Positions 40,675 through 51,276 of a stretch of DNA of 64,000 nt are shown here, one piece after another; within the stretch, counting starts at the first letter, position 1; each line of letters starts with the position of its first letter. Position numbers and translations under genes: made by a program. Under the pieces are notes generated by a model. The model saw only the letters and a list, made by a program, of their open reading frames with translations, did no database searches and was not told the DNA's origin. This DNA is from Candidatus Poribacteria bacterium (lineage in GTDB: Bacteria > Poribacteria > WGA-4E > PCPOR2b): positions 800,001 through 864,000 of the forward strand of contig OZ220744.1 of assembly GCA_965116925.1 (NCBI GenBank). Direction: 5' to 3'.

Positions 40675-42585
40675 ATGAGTACATTCTACATAACAACACC
40701 GATATATTATACCAACGCCGAGCCGCACGCCGGACACGCGTATACAACAATCGCCGCCGATGTGCTCGCAAGATACCATCGTCTCAAAGGGGACGAGGTT
40801 TTTTTTCTGACCGGCGTGGATGAGCATGGGGAAAATATACAAAAAATTGCTGACCAGAAAAATATCTCTCCGCAGGCTTACTGCGATCAGATCGCGCCAA
40901 CGTTCACGAAGCTTTGGGAGAGGTTGAATGTATCTTATGACATCTTCCTGCGTACAACGAGCGAACTGCACAAAAATGGTGTCAGAAAACTGCTTAACTC
41001 GCTTTATGAAACCGGGGACATATATAAGGGTAAATACGAAGGATACTACTGCCGTCCGTGCGAACGCTTTTTCACGGAAAAGGAGCAGACCGAGGATAAG
41101 ATTTGTCCAGACCACAATTTACCGTTGGAATGGGTCGAGGAAGATAACTACTTCTTCGCGCTTTCAAAATACCAGGATCCGCTGATTAAACACATCCACG
41201 AAAATCCTGATTTCATTCAACCAGAGAGCCGTCGCAACGAGATGTTAAATGTGTTAGAGTCGGGGTTGGAGGATGTAAGCATCTCACGGTCTTCCGTGTC
41301 TTGGGGCATTCCCTTACCGTTCGACACGGAACACATCTCTTATGTGTGGATTGAAGCCTTGAGCAACTATGTCACCGCACTCGATTATGCCCAAGATGGG
41401 GAAAGATTTCGCAAATTTTGGCCCGCCAACGTTCACTTGATGGCAAAGGACATAGCACGTTTCCACGCGCTGATTTGGCCCGCAATGCTAATGGCGGTAA
41501 ACTTGCCAGTCCCCAAAAAAGTGGTCGCCCACGGCTTCCTGACGAAAGATGGTGAAGCCTTGAGCAAAACGCTCGGCATTTTCATTGACATGGATACCGA
41601 CATCGGGACCTACGGGTTGGATGCGTTCCGCTACTACCTGTTACGGGAATTTAGTTTCGGAAACGATGGCGATTACCGACCAAGTCGTCTCGACGCCCGT
41701 TATAACGCTGACCTCGCAAACGACCTCGGAAATCTCCTCAACCGGACACTCGGTCTTGTCTCTAAGAACTTCGGTGGTATTCCTGAACCGACGACATCGG
41801 GTGAATTCGATGACGAAATCCAGCAGATGGCGCGTGAAACGATCGAGAAGGTCGATGCCCTGATGGAAGAACTCGTTTTCGATATGGCGTTGGAAACGAT
41901 TTGGGAGTTTGTGCGACGGATTAATCGCTATATCCAGCAAACGCAGGTGTGGACATTGGCTCGGTCAGAGGAAACAAAAGGACGTATGGGGACTATCCTC
42001 TATAACAGCATGGAAGCGCTGCGGGTTGTCGCCGTTCTGATCTCGCCCTTCATGCCGGGCACCGCCAATCGCATCCGTCAACAGCTTGGACTCGATGAGA
42101 GCTTCAACGATCAAGGATTGGATACGGTTGCTGAATGGGGAGGCTTGCCATCGGGGTTGGTACTTGGAAAGCCCGAACCTATCTTCCCTCGAAAGGATAC
42201 TAAGAAGCCGAAACAGGCGAGAAAGGAAAAACCTGCCCAAGCGGAGCAGCCCGCCGATGATAATCTAATCTCTTTCGATCAGTTTCAGGAACTGGATCTG
42301 CGCGTTGCTGAAGTGATCGCTGCCGAGAAAGTGCCCAAGGCAGATCGTCTGCTGAAGCTACAGGTTGATTTGGGGGGTGAGAAGCGTCAAGTCGTCGCCG
42401 GTATCGCAGCGCATTATACGCCTGAAGACCTTATCGGGAAGCAGATTATTCTGGTCGCCAACTTGCAACCCGCTAAGATTAGAGGTATTGAATCGCAGGG
42501 GATGCTGCTCGCAGCTGAAGGTGGGAAAGAGTTGGCTATCGTGACGCTTGAGAAGCAGATGCCACCGGGGGCACAGGTTCGATAA
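40675..42585 (+). CDS. metG: Methionyl-tRNA synthetase with C-terminal tRNA-binding domain
   Basis: YITTPIYY, HAGH, TGVDEHG, YVW..AL.NY, KDI.RFH and a C-terminal OB fold (SQGMLL). Confidence 0.97.
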   Translation: MSTFYITTPIYYTNAEPHAGHAYTTIAADVLARYHRLKGDEVFFLTGVDEHGENIQKIADQKNISPQAYCDQIAPTFTKLWERLNVSYDIFLRTTSELHKNGVRKLLNSLYETGDIYKGKYEGYYCRPCERFFTEKEQTEDKICPDHNLPLEWVEEDNYFFALSKYQDPLIKHIHENPDFIQPESRRNEMLNVLESGLEDVSISRSSVSWGIPLPFDTEHISYVWIEALSNYVTALDYAQDGERFRKFWPANVHLMAKDIARFHALIWPAMLMAVNLPVPKKVVAHGFLTKDGEALSKTLGIFIDMDTDIGTYGLDAFRYYLLREFSFGNDGDYRPSRLDARYNADLANDLGNLLNRTLGLVSKNFGGIPEPTTSGEFDDEIQQMARETIEKVDALMEELVFDMALETIWEFVRRINRYIQQTQVWTLARSEETKGRMGTILYNSMEALRVVAVLISPFMPGTANRIRQQLGLDESFNDQGLDTVAEWGGLPSGLVLGKPEPIFPRKDTKKPKQARKEKPAQAEQPADDNLISFDQFQELDLRVAEVIAAEKVPKADRLLKLQVDLGGEKRQVVAGIAAHYTPEDLIGKQIILVANLQPAKIRGIESQGMLLAAEGGKELAIVTLEKQMPPGAQVR

Positions 42586-42658
42586 TTACGTGAAACGTAA
42601 TGCGCAAAACGTGAAAGTAATTCGTTCATTGGTTAATTGAACGGATGGATTTCAATGT

Positions 42659-43226
42659 CTAGGGCGTGTTGACATTTTGAAGCTGCTGATGCGGCAAACG
42701 TTGTAATTATCAGGTAATCTGCCATAAGTAGCGCGAACTGTTAGTTTGCAGGGTGAGATCACAATCTAACAGATCGTGGTACAAAAGACCATTTTTAGGA
42801 AACCGTTTTTTGCACAGGAAGCGTCCCGATGACAAACGGAGTTGGGTTTCACTCTATCTTTCTATAAGCAGGTGTTGTTGGATGGCGGAGCCTCTATCGG
42901 GCTTGATAGGGATTGACGATGAGCCGTTCAACCCAACCTACGGACTGGGATCATAATCTAACAGATCGTGGTACAAAAATAGATTGTAGGTCGCGATTCA
43001 TATCTCGACAAAATACACAGCGTGGCGTGCAACAAGCCGGGTTCGTTGAGCCAAAACTATCGCGCGATGTGCTAGGGAGTGTCGATTTTGGAAAATCGAC
43101 CTACAGAAGTTCAAAATCGTCTTTGATGTGTGAACAACGGGTTAGGAGACCTAACCCCTACGAAGAACCGTGCGTTTGTGTGTTCCCTTGATTGTCTAAT
43201 TGCGATGAAATGTCAACAGAACTTAG
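42659..43226 (+). mobile_element. MITE family E, long form (modules X+Y), abutting a lone G end
   Basis: ctagggcgtgttgacatt...aatgtcaacagaacttag followed by caacttgggt; the block gatcayaatctaacagatcgtggtacaaaa occurs twice. Confidence 0.82.
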
Positions 43227-43235
43227 CAACTTGGG

Positions 43236-44294
43236 TTAAAACAACCCGGAGATTGAAATTCGTTGCGAATTTCCGAGGTCGTGGGCGTTAAAGGCGTAAT
43301 CTGCGTAGAGCGCAGTTTCGCCAAAACGGAGGCGTATGCCAGAACCGGCTGCAAGTTTAGTCCCCTCCGCCCCGATGCGGAGGGCAACCACGTCAAACAG
43401 CCAATACTCCCCGCCAAAACGGAGAATCCTCTCCGCACCTCCATCCGTTTGGAGGTCTTTTCGATCGGTTTCCAAGTCAAGACCAAACGTCGCCTTACCG
43501 ACTACCGGAAGTGAGATACGGTAAGACAGACCGAATCGGAACCGACGATCGCGGGTGAATACCGGCGCGTCAGGGGTGTTCCAGCGGATCTGTGTGCCGG
43601 TGGCATCCGCTAACATCGCTCCAATGTGGAGTCCATCAAGCGGCTTGAGCATTAACCCGATGTCAAGCCCGAAGCCGTTTCCGCTGTTTTCAAAGAGTGA
43701 TTGCCTCAGTAACTTTAGATTGCCACCGATTGACAGACTTGGGTGGATCTGACGCGCATAAGAGATTAGCAGCGCATTGTCTGTATTACTGAAATACCCC
43801 GCCACTTGGGGACGATCGATGTACCACTCACCGGGGTCCTTAACTCCATCGCCATCCTTGTCGAGAAAGTCCCCCAAGCGTCCATTACCGTTGACATCCA
43901 CAAAAGTGGTATGCGGTATATCGTCCACGCCGAGTCGAATCCAACTGATGCCCATGTTCCCGATGCCTTCGACCCCTTGAACATAACCGACAAAGTTGTA
44001 CTTTACCAACCCCTTGCTGAGAAAGCCTCCCTGCCCTGTGCCAAAGGAATCGGAATACATCGCGGCAAAAGCACGTTTTTGGATCTGAACAAGTCCGGCG
44101 GGATTCCAGTACGCCGCTGTGGCATCGTCCGCGATAGACACGAAGCTACTGCCCATACCTAAGGCGCGTGCGCCGACACCGTGACTGAGAAATTCTGCTG
44201 CATGGCTGCCCTCTTCGGCAAATACTAGCATCGGTGTAGCGGAGACACTTAGAGCAACAAGGAACAAAAAGAAGGGGTGCCCTTTTTCAGACAT
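43236..44294 (-). CDS. PorV/PorQ (UPF0164)-like outer-membrane beta-barrel
   Basis: Signal peptide, FL..GVGARALGMG, DATAAYWNPAGL and a C-terminal Phe. Confidence 0.8.
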   Translation of the reverse strand: MSEKGHPFFLFLVALSVSATPMLVFAEEGSHAAEFLSHGVGARALGMGSSFVSIADDATAAYWNPAGLVQIQKRAFAAMYSDSFGTGQGGFLSKGLVKYNFVGYVQGVEGIGNMGISWIRLGVDDIPHTTFVDVNGNGRLGDFLDKDGDGVKDPGEWYIDRPQVAGYFSNTDNALLISYARQIHPSLSIGGNLKLLRQSLFENSGNGFGLDIGLMLKPLDGLHIGAMLADATGTQIRWNTPDAPVFTRDRRFRFGLSYRISLPVVGKATFGLDLETDRKDLQTDGGAERILRFGGEYWLFDVVALRIGAEGTKLAAGSGIRLRFGETALYADYAFNAHDLGNSQRISISGLF

Positions 44295-44889
44295 AAAAAT
44301 CTACGATATTCTGTAACATGCCTAAAATCTGACCCACGTTGTCAAGATAGTAACGATTGTCATCCAGAAAAATGGTGCCGTTTTCAAGTTTGAGGAACTG
44401 CCAGGCCTCACCGGTTGTCGAGCAGCCGAAAATGGTATCAGGTCCATTTTCTTTGCTTTCATTATAAATTTTCGCGCCAACCATCTGTGCTGCACACTGA
44501 CCAACGCCTACGTCAATATCGTTCTTCTTCGCTTCGACCATTGCAAAAATCGGAGTCCGGAGAGTATAAGAGATTTTACCTTTTGATAAAATGAAGTCAC
44601 ACTCACCATTCAACCCTCTTTCTGGAAGCACATCGAATCTTTTTCCCGAATGAACCGCAAGACAGCCACGGTTTCTTCTTACCAATTCCAGAAGAATCGG
44701 AGCGGCGATAAACTCCGACCTTGCTTTCTCGCTGGCTGAAAATAGCCCCAAATCAAGACCAGTTTCAAATGTCTCCTTGAGCCATTCGCTCATCTCCAAT
44801 GTTTCCACATTGTCAAATAATTTTGCTCGGTCTTCAACTAAGCCAAATTCTGTAACAACGTCTTGTAAGGTAAAATCACTGTACGCCAT
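44287..44889 (-). CDS. Restriction-endonuclease-like PD-(D/E)XK hypothetical protein
   Basis: SEKARSE...P.L, G.CDF, VEAK, GQC.AQM and TTG..WQF. Confidence 0.65.
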   Translation of the reverse strand: MAYSDFTLQDVVTEFGLVEDRAKLFDNVETLEMSEWLKETFETGLDLGLFSASEKARSEFIAAPILLELVRRNRGCLAVHSGKRFDVLPERGLNGECDFILSKGKISYTLRTPIFAMVEAKKNDIDVGVGQCAAQMVGAKIYNESKENGPDTIFGCSTTGEAWQFLKLENGTIFLDDNRYYLDNVGQILGMLQNIVDFYV

Positions 44890-45015
44890 TGAAGAATCCT
44901 CCCTTCTTTGGGGAGCCAGACAGTCCTACATTTGAATGCGAAGCGTAAAACGTGGAAAATTGACGCTTCACGTTTTACGTTTCATGTTTCACGCAACTAT
45001 GCAGACAAACATAGA

Positions 45016-46068
45016 TTATTCTGCCGCACTGACTGCAATTTTGATGACCATATCCCCTTCGAGCCGGTAGGTTCCGTTGAGCGCGTCAAACCCATCGCGG
45101 ACGCGGGACAGCGGCAACTCATGGCTTACCATGTCAGCAAACGGGAATTCGTTTTTTTCAAGGATTGGCAACCCACGTACAAAGTGTTCGGGTCGGCTGC
45201 CCCAGATCGCTTCGAGACGGATATTTTTACGCATCAGCAGCTGATTGATATTGAAATCGATTGAGCCCATATCAACAAAATGCCCAACCTCGACGAAGGT
45301 TCCGCTCTGTTTTACATAGCCCAAACCTTCAGGGGTAGCGGGCAAGAATCCTGCGCATTCAAAGACAACATCGGCTCCTTCGCCTCGCGGTGTTTCCGAT
45401 TTGACCAACTCCGTGCGTTCCTCGACAGAGCCCACATCCTCAATGTCGATTGTCACATCGGCACCCATCCGCTTGGCGAGTTCTAGACGCCTCGCGGGTC
45501 CACCGACAACGATTAGCTTCGCTGCACCGCTGATTTTCGCACAGATTAACGTTACCAACCCGATTGCCCCGGCACCCTGAACCACAACGGTATCGCCGAT
45601 TTGCACCTGACCGCGCATCACTGCGTGTACGCCAACTGTGAACGGTTCTGTCATCACGGCAGCTTCTGGAGAGGCGTTAGTTTTGATGAAACAGGTGTTC
45701 GGATAAGAGAGGTAGATGTAATCGGCGAACCCACCCCGAAAGTGGGGTGCTTCATCCGGATTCCATTGAAATCCATAAGCACCATAGCTAGTCCCGGGCG
45801 CGAGGATGACGCGATCCCCTTCACTAATCGGATTGCCCACGTAGTCTGTCTTTACGCCTTCGCCGATTGCATCAATCACACCGACATTCTCATGACCGAG
45901 TAATACTTCTCGATCGAATCCGTTCTGCCAGTTATGTAGGTCTGTTCCGCAGATTCCTGCCAACTCCTGCCGTAGCAGCACCGTGTTTGGTGCCGGATCG
46001 GGTACAGGATATTCTCGAACATCAAAATCCTGTCCGTGTGCAACGACTGCTCTGCCTGTTCTTGCCAT
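45016..46068 (-). CDS. Zn-dependent MDR dehydrogenase
   Basis: GICGTD, GHE, EP and GAGAIG. Start set at MARTG. Confidence 0.88.
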   Translation of the reverse strand: MARTGRAVVAHGQDFDVREYPVPDPAPNTVLLRQELAGICGTDLHNWQNGFDREVLLGHENVGVIDAIGEGVKTDYVGNPISEGDRVILAPGTSYGAYGFQWNPDEAPHFRGGFADYIYLSYPNTCFIKTNASPEAAVMTEPFTVGVHAVMRGQVQIGDTVVVQGAGAIGLVTLICAKISGAAKLIVVGGPARRLELAKRMGADVTIDIEDVGSVEERTELVKSETPRGEGADVVFECAGFLPATPEGLGYVKQSGTFVEVGHFVDMGSIDFNINQLLMRKNIRLEAIWGSRPEHFVRGLPILEKNEFPFADMVSHELPLSRVRDGFDALNGTYRLEGDMVIKIAVSAAE

Positions 46069-46291
46069 CTTTCTTTCTCCTTGTATGATTTTGCGAAAAG
46101 GTTTATAATACGTCCAAATCATCACGATTATACAAAAATTTACACGAGAGGGCAACGGAAAAACTAGAAAAATAAAACGTGATGCGTGAAACGTGAAAAT
46201 AATTTGTCCATAGGTTGATTGTTTCATGAATGAACTGATAAACAGATGAACTTAGGTGGTAACTTGCGTTACCTAAGGAGAGCTTGATACG

Positions 46292-47233
46292 ATGTATAGT
46301 GCTGGAAAAATCTTTGAACACCAACCCAACTTCCCTTCCTGCCACGCCTCAACAATCACCGAATTACCTAACGGCGATCTGCTTGCTGCATGGTACGCTG
46401 GATCACAAGAAGGAGAGAAAGATGTCGCAATATTCATTTCGCGTCGCTTTTACGGCAGCGAAGGCTGGATTGAGCCGGAAATGGTTGTGAATACCACAGA
46501 TTGCTCCGAAGGCAACCCCGTCCTATTTGCCGATACAAATGATCAGATCTGGCTATTCTACGTTACGATGTACGGCAACCGTTGGACACAGTGCAAGATG
46601 TATTACAAGAAGTCGGGTACAATGGGGTATAGTTGGGAGGAGAGTGTTGTGCTCCGTGAGGAGTTGGGATGGATGACACGCAACAAACCGGTCTATCTCT
46701 CCAATGGCGAAATTCTGCTGCCGGTCTATGATGAACGGAATTGGCATTCGATGGTGATGATTTCCGATAACGGCGGCGAGACATGGGACACGTATGGAGA
46801 TGTGTCGAGTCCTAAAGGGGTCATCCAACCAACGGTTGTTGAACGCACCGACGGTAGTTTACTGATGCTGATGCGCAGTCGGGATGGGGAGATCTGGCGT
46901 TCCACCTCCACAGATTTGGGAAGGACTTGGGAGGCAGCGCAGCCGACAGAGTTGCCGAACCCCAACAGTGGTGTTGATATGGCGCGCTTGCACAACGGAA
47001 ACATCGCGCTCGTTTACAATGACACACCACGCGGGCGGACACCCCTAACGGTCGCGCTATCGACCGACGAAGGGGAAACGTGGGAATACAAACAGCATCT
47101 TGAAACCGAGGAGGGAGAATACTCCTATCCCGCCATTATTCAAGCCCATGATGGTGGTATCCATATCACCTATACCTACAAACGCACCAGTATCATGCAC
47201 GTTGAAGTCGATGAATCGTGGATTCAGGAATAG
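46292..47233 (+). CDS. BNR-repeat sialidase-like protein
   Basis: Asp-boxes SDNGGETW, STDLGRTW and STDEGETW; RTPL and YSYP. Confidence 0.85.
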   Translation: MYSAGKIFEHQPNFPSCHASTITELPNGDLLAAWYAGSQEGEKDVAIFISRRFYGSEGWIEPEMVVNTTDCSEGNPVLFADTNDQIWLFYVTMYGNRWTQCKMYYKKSGTMGYSWEESVVLREELGWMTRNKPVYLSNGEILLPVYDERNWHSMVMISDNGGETWDTYGDVSSPKGVIQPTVVERTDGSLLMLMRSRDGEIWRSTSTDLGRTWEAAQPTELPNPNSGVDMARLHNGNIALVYNDTPRGRTPLTVALSTDEGETWEYKQHLETEEGEYSYPAIIQAHDGGIHITYTYKRTSIMHVEVDESWIQE

Positions 47234-47255
47234 TATGGATTGTTGATTGCCCATT

Positions 47256-47363
47256 TATAGTAGATTTTAGAATTAATGAGACACTCCAACTCGGCGCAGT
47301 TGGAAACAGCGCCTACCAAACATGGGGAGCGAAAGTGTCTATTTATTTTTATGATTCACCATA
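47256..47363 (+). mobile_element. MITE family A (108 bp)
   Basis: Near-identical to the 14847 copy. Confidence 0.8.
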
Positions 47364-47478
47364 GAAAATGAATCCATTCGTTTTTTTTATTATTGCCTTA
47401 AATATTGAATTGTGATAAAATTAATCACCTGATTAACTAAATTACACAAACTACACACATAATTGGAGATAGATTCAC

Positions 47479-49488
47479 ATGCCAAATGCCCTTTTTGTTT
47501 ATCCCGAGTTTCCGCCATCGTATTGGGGCTATAAATACGCCTTGGACTTTGCGGGCAAAAAATCGGCCATGCCGCCGCTCGGATTGTTGACTGTTGCTGG
47601 GATGTTCCCGAAGAATTATCAACTCAGAGTCGTTGATATGAATGTTAATACCTTGACAGATGCAGACATTGATTGGGCGGATGTCGTTTTGACGTCCACG
47701 ATGGTTGTTCAAAAGGAATCATTGTATGAAGTCATTCAACGATGTAACCGGGCGGGCGTTCCCATTGTCGCCGGTGGACCCCACCCCACTTCCTATCATG
47801 ACAATATAAGAGAGGAAGCGGAGGGAGAGGTCGATCACTTCTTCTTTGGTGAAGTGGAAGAAATATTTGAGGATTTTCTCACAGATTTTGAAGCGGGAGT
47901 TGCCAAAGATGTATACAAGGAAAAGAGAAAACCCGACATAACACTAGCACCCCCACCTCGTTACGATCTTATAAATATACACGATTACGGTTCAATGGCA
48001 CTCCAATTTTCTCGTGGCTGCCCCTTTGACTGCGAATTTTGTGACATCACCAAGCTGTTTGGTCGTGTGCCGCGCACCAAGAGCAATGAGCAGATGATGG
48101 CGGAATTCGATATGCTTTACCGGCTCGGTTGGCAAGGTTCAATGTTTGTAGTTGATGACAATTTTATCGGAAATAAGCGTGATGCGATGCGGCTGCTCCC
48201 TGAAGTGATTTCGTATCAGAAGGAAAGAGATTTCCCGTTCAAACTGTTCACCGAGGCTAGCGTGAACCTCGTCGAAATTCCAGATATGTTGGACGCGATG
48301 AGCGATGCCGGGTTTGACATGGTATTTTTGGGAATTGAAAGCCCGAATGAAGATGCGCTATTGATGACCAAGAAGAAACAGAATACCAATAAAGAAGAAG
48401 ATGCCGGAAGCTACCTGCACCGTGCGATTCGAACGATTCAGGGTGCCGGCCTGGAAGTAACAGGTGGCTTCATTATTGGAATGGATGGGGACAAAGAATT
48501 TGATTCGCATATTCGGTTTATTCAAGAAGCTGGCGTTCCTATGGCGATGGCGGGTTTGTTGACCGCTTTGAAAGAAACCAATCTTTATCATCGTCTTCAA
48601 AGTGAAGGCCGTCTGCTTGACGAATCTACAGGAAACAACACTGACATCACGTTGAATTTTGTTCCCGAACTCCCGCGAGAACACCTCATTGCCGAATATA
48701 GACGGGTCGTTTCCACGCTGTATGACCCGACCTTGGAGAACTATTTTGAACGCTGCCTCACGTTGATTAAAAATCTCAAGCCGGTCAAGCATTCAGGGCA
48801 AAAAATTGGTAAGATGGAGCTAATGGCTGTTGCTCGGTCAATTAAGCGACAACTTTTCTCCAAACAGGGTCCCGCATACCTCCGGTTTTTAATAAACGTG
48901 ATCAAAGATTACCCAAGTATGCTTGATAAAGCGATACGCCTCGCCATCCACGGGTATCATTTCGAGAAAATGACCAGTCAAACGGTTGCTGTCGATAATT
49001 TCAAACAATATTTGACAACAGAAATTAACGCTTTTGAGGAGATTGTCTCTGACTCCCAATCGCAGCAGGATTCTGAGCAGCCTGTTAAAGCAGGCGTCAG
49101 TCGTATTGGCGAGATTCGTTCGCATGCACAAGAACTCTTAGCCCGTGTTTACGCGCAATATGAAGACATCCATGAGGACTTTAGATATAATGTGCGTGAC
49201 GCACTCGATACCTTCCAGAAATCTGTGTTCAAACACTATCTAGAGGCAGAGTTTGGGGCATTTAAGGAAACCGTTTCCCGGTTCGCCAGAGCGGGAGGCG
49301 ATCGAATCAGTGAAGTTGGTGAGCATGCGGGTGAGCTTTTGACACGGGTCCATGCACAGTACGAGCGGATTCACAAAGATTTCAGATATGGCATCCGCGA
49401 TTCGCTTATCTCTTTCCAAGAATCTGTGAAATCTCACCTGGATCAGCTTGTGGGTCCGGTCCCAATCGAAATCAAGAGTTTCGACTAG
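47479..49488 (+). CDS. B12-binding radical SAM protein (HpnP/DUF4070-like) with a duplicated C-terminal extension
   Basis: PPLGLLTVA, GGP, SRGCPFDCEFC and DDNFIGN. Confidence 0.88.
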   Translation: MPNALFVYPEFPPSYWGYKYALDFAGKKSAMPPLGLLTVAGMFPKNYQLRVVDMNVNTLTDADIDWADVVLTSTMVVQKESLYEVIQRCNRAGVPIVAGGPHPTSYHDNIREEAEGEVDHFFFGEVEEIFEDFLTDFEAGVAKDVYKEKRKPDITLAPPPRYDLINIHDYGSMALQFSRGCPFDCEFCDITKLFGRVPRTKSNEQMMAEFDMLYRLGWQGSMFVVDDNFIGNKRDAMRLLPEVISYQKERDFPFKLFTEASVNLVEIPDMLDAMSDAGFDMVFLGIESPNEDALLMTKKKQNTNKEEDAGSYLHRAIRTIQGAGLEVTGGFIIGMDGDKEFDSHIRFIQEAGVPMAMAGLLTALKETNLYHRLQSEGRLLDESTGNNTDITLNFVPELPREHLIAEYRRVVSTLYDPTLENYFERCLTLIKNLKPVKHSGQKIGKMELMAVARSIKRQLFSKQGPAYLRFLINVIKDYPSMLDKAIRLAIHGYHFEKMTSQTVAVDNFKQYLTTEINAFEEIVSDSQSQQDSEQPVKAGVSRIGEIRSHAQELLARVYAQYEDIHEDFRYNVRDALDTFQKSVFKHYLEAEFGAFKETVSRFARAGGDRISEVGEHAGELLTRVHAQYERIHKDFRYGIRDSLISFQESVKSHLDQLVGPVPIEIKSFD

Positions 49489-49515
49489 TCTGTCTGAGTT
49501 GTACCTCTCGAAACC

Positions 49516-51276
49516 ATGGGCAGCATCGAAATTGAAAATCTCCACTTCACCTACCCCAGTCGCAACACGCCAACTTTACGCGGAATAGATGCAAAGGTCG
49601 CGCCCCAAGCGTTTATTCTGCTCACAGGTCCCACGGGCTGCGGCAAATCAACACTGCTACGGACGTTGAATGGCTTAATTCCTCACGCTTCGGGAGGAAA
49701 GTTGTCTGGCAGGGTCCGTATCAACGGTGCGAGTGTTGCTGAGCAGCCAATCGCTGTGACATGCCAACACGTAGGACTGTTGTTCCAGAATCCTGAAGAG
49801 CAGCTCTTTTGCATCATCGTAGAAGATGAGATTGCATTTGGATTAGAGAACCAAGGGCTTCCCTCCCATGAAATCGATCGCCGGATTGATTCTGCATTAA
49901 CGCAGGTCGGACTTGCCGGATTCAGGAATCGTGAAATCGCTTCGCTATCAAGTGGACAGAAACAGCGAGTTGCTCTTGCGTGCGTATGCGCGATGCAGCC
50001 CCAAATTCTGTTGCTTGATGAACCGACCAGTTATCTCGACCCACAAGCCACCCATGACATCCTTGAGATTATCCGTGAGTTGAATAGAAGGCTCGGCATT
50101 ACCGTTATTGTTGCGGGACATCAGGTCAATGAGATTGCACCGTTGTGTGGTCGGGTGTGGCTCATGAATGAAGGTAGATTGGTCTCCGACCTACCGATAG
50201 ATCAGGCATTCGCTGATCTCAAGCGTTACTCGCAGCTAGGCGTGCAGGTGCCAGATCTGGCGCAAGTTGCGGAACAACTAGGCTATTCTGAACGTCCACT
50301 GACCCTCGATCATGCCGCGCGACTTTTTGCCAACCCGACTCAGGATTCAAAGCAACCCCAATTTGATCGGGCTGAAACACCTGACGGCCTTATCAATTCT
50401 GACACATCATCAAGGGAGGACGGACTGACGGTCTTAACACCTGTCCTGACTCAAGCCAACCCTGTAGACCCTGATAATATTTTGGCAGAGGTTCAAAACC
50501 TCTCTTTTCGTTACCCACAGACTTCTGCTGATGTACTGAAAGGTATCTCCTTTCAAATTAGGGGCGGTGAAGTTGTCGCGATTATGGGAGCCAACGGATC
50601 AGGGAAGACGACGTTGCTCTTACATCTGATTGCGCTCCTACGCCCATCAGCGGGACAGGTTCTCATCAAGGGGCAGGATACCCGGCGTTGTAAGCCTCGC
50701 CATCTTGCGGGTCAAGTGGGGATTGTTTTTCAGAATCCAGATCTACTGTTGCAGGCAGCAACTGTATCTGAGGAGGTGGCTTTCGGTCCAAAGAACTTGA
50801 AGTTGTCTCATCAGGAAGTCGAGGAACGACTTGAAGATATCTTACTGATGTTTGACTTGGCACCCCTCAAAGCGGAGGCCCCTTACGCGCTTTCACGAGG
50901 GCAACGGCAACGCACCGCGGTCGCTGCGAGTTTTTCGCTCTACCCCGATCTGCTCCTTCTTGATGAACCAACAACGGGCCAGGATTACCATCATTTGCGA
51001 CAGCTCATGCAGACGCTGGACAGTACTCTAAGAACAGAAAACAAAACAGTGGTCTTCTGTACCCACGATGTTCATCTCACACTGGAATACGCTAGTCGGG
51101 TATTGCTACTTCATCATGGGGAGCTCATCTTTGATGGAGCACCTGACGCTGCTTTTGCAAACCCTGAACGCTTAGAACAGGCATCGATAATCCCACCACT
51201 GACGATGCAACTACGAGGTATCCAAAATGACAAAACTCCATCCTCTCACGAAAATTCTCCTCCTCGTGATCGTTAG
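49516..51276 (+). CDS. ECF transporter fused double ATPase
   Basis: Two Walker A motifs (GPTGCGKS, GANGSGKT), FQNP twice and LDEPT twice. Confidence 0.9.
   Translation: MGSIEIENLHFTYPSRNTPTLRGIDAKVAPQAFILLTGPTGCGKSTLLRTLNGLIPHASGGKLSGRVRINGASVAEQPIAVTCQHVGLLFQNPEEQLFCIIVEDEIAFGLENQGLPSHEIDRRIDSALTQVGLAGFRNREIASLSSGQKQRVALACVCAMQPQILLLDEPTSYLDPQATHDILEIIRELNRRLGITVIVAGHQVNEIAPLCGRVWLMNEGRLVSDLPIDQAFADLKRYSQLGVQVPDLAQVAEQLGYSERPLTLDHAARLFANPTQDSKQPQFDRAETPDGLINSDTSSREDGLTVLTPVLTQANPVDPDNILAEVQNLSFRYPQTSADVLKGISFQIRGGEVVAIMGANGSGKTTLLLHLIALLRPSAGQVLIKGQDTRRCKPRHLAGQVGIVFQNPDLLLQAATVSEEVAFGPKNLKLSHQEVEERLEDILLMFDLAPLKAEAPYALSRGQRQRTAVAASFSLYPDLLLLDEPTTGQDYHHLRQLMQTLDSTLRTENKTVVFCTHDVHLTLEYASRVLLLHHGELIFDGAPDAAFANPERLEQASIIPPLTMQLRGIQNDKTPSSHENSPPRDR

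Noticed and set aside
42753..43191. Short ORFs inside element E as transposase remnants
   Set aside because: No recognisable DDE or HUH motifs, and the frames are not preserved between copies.
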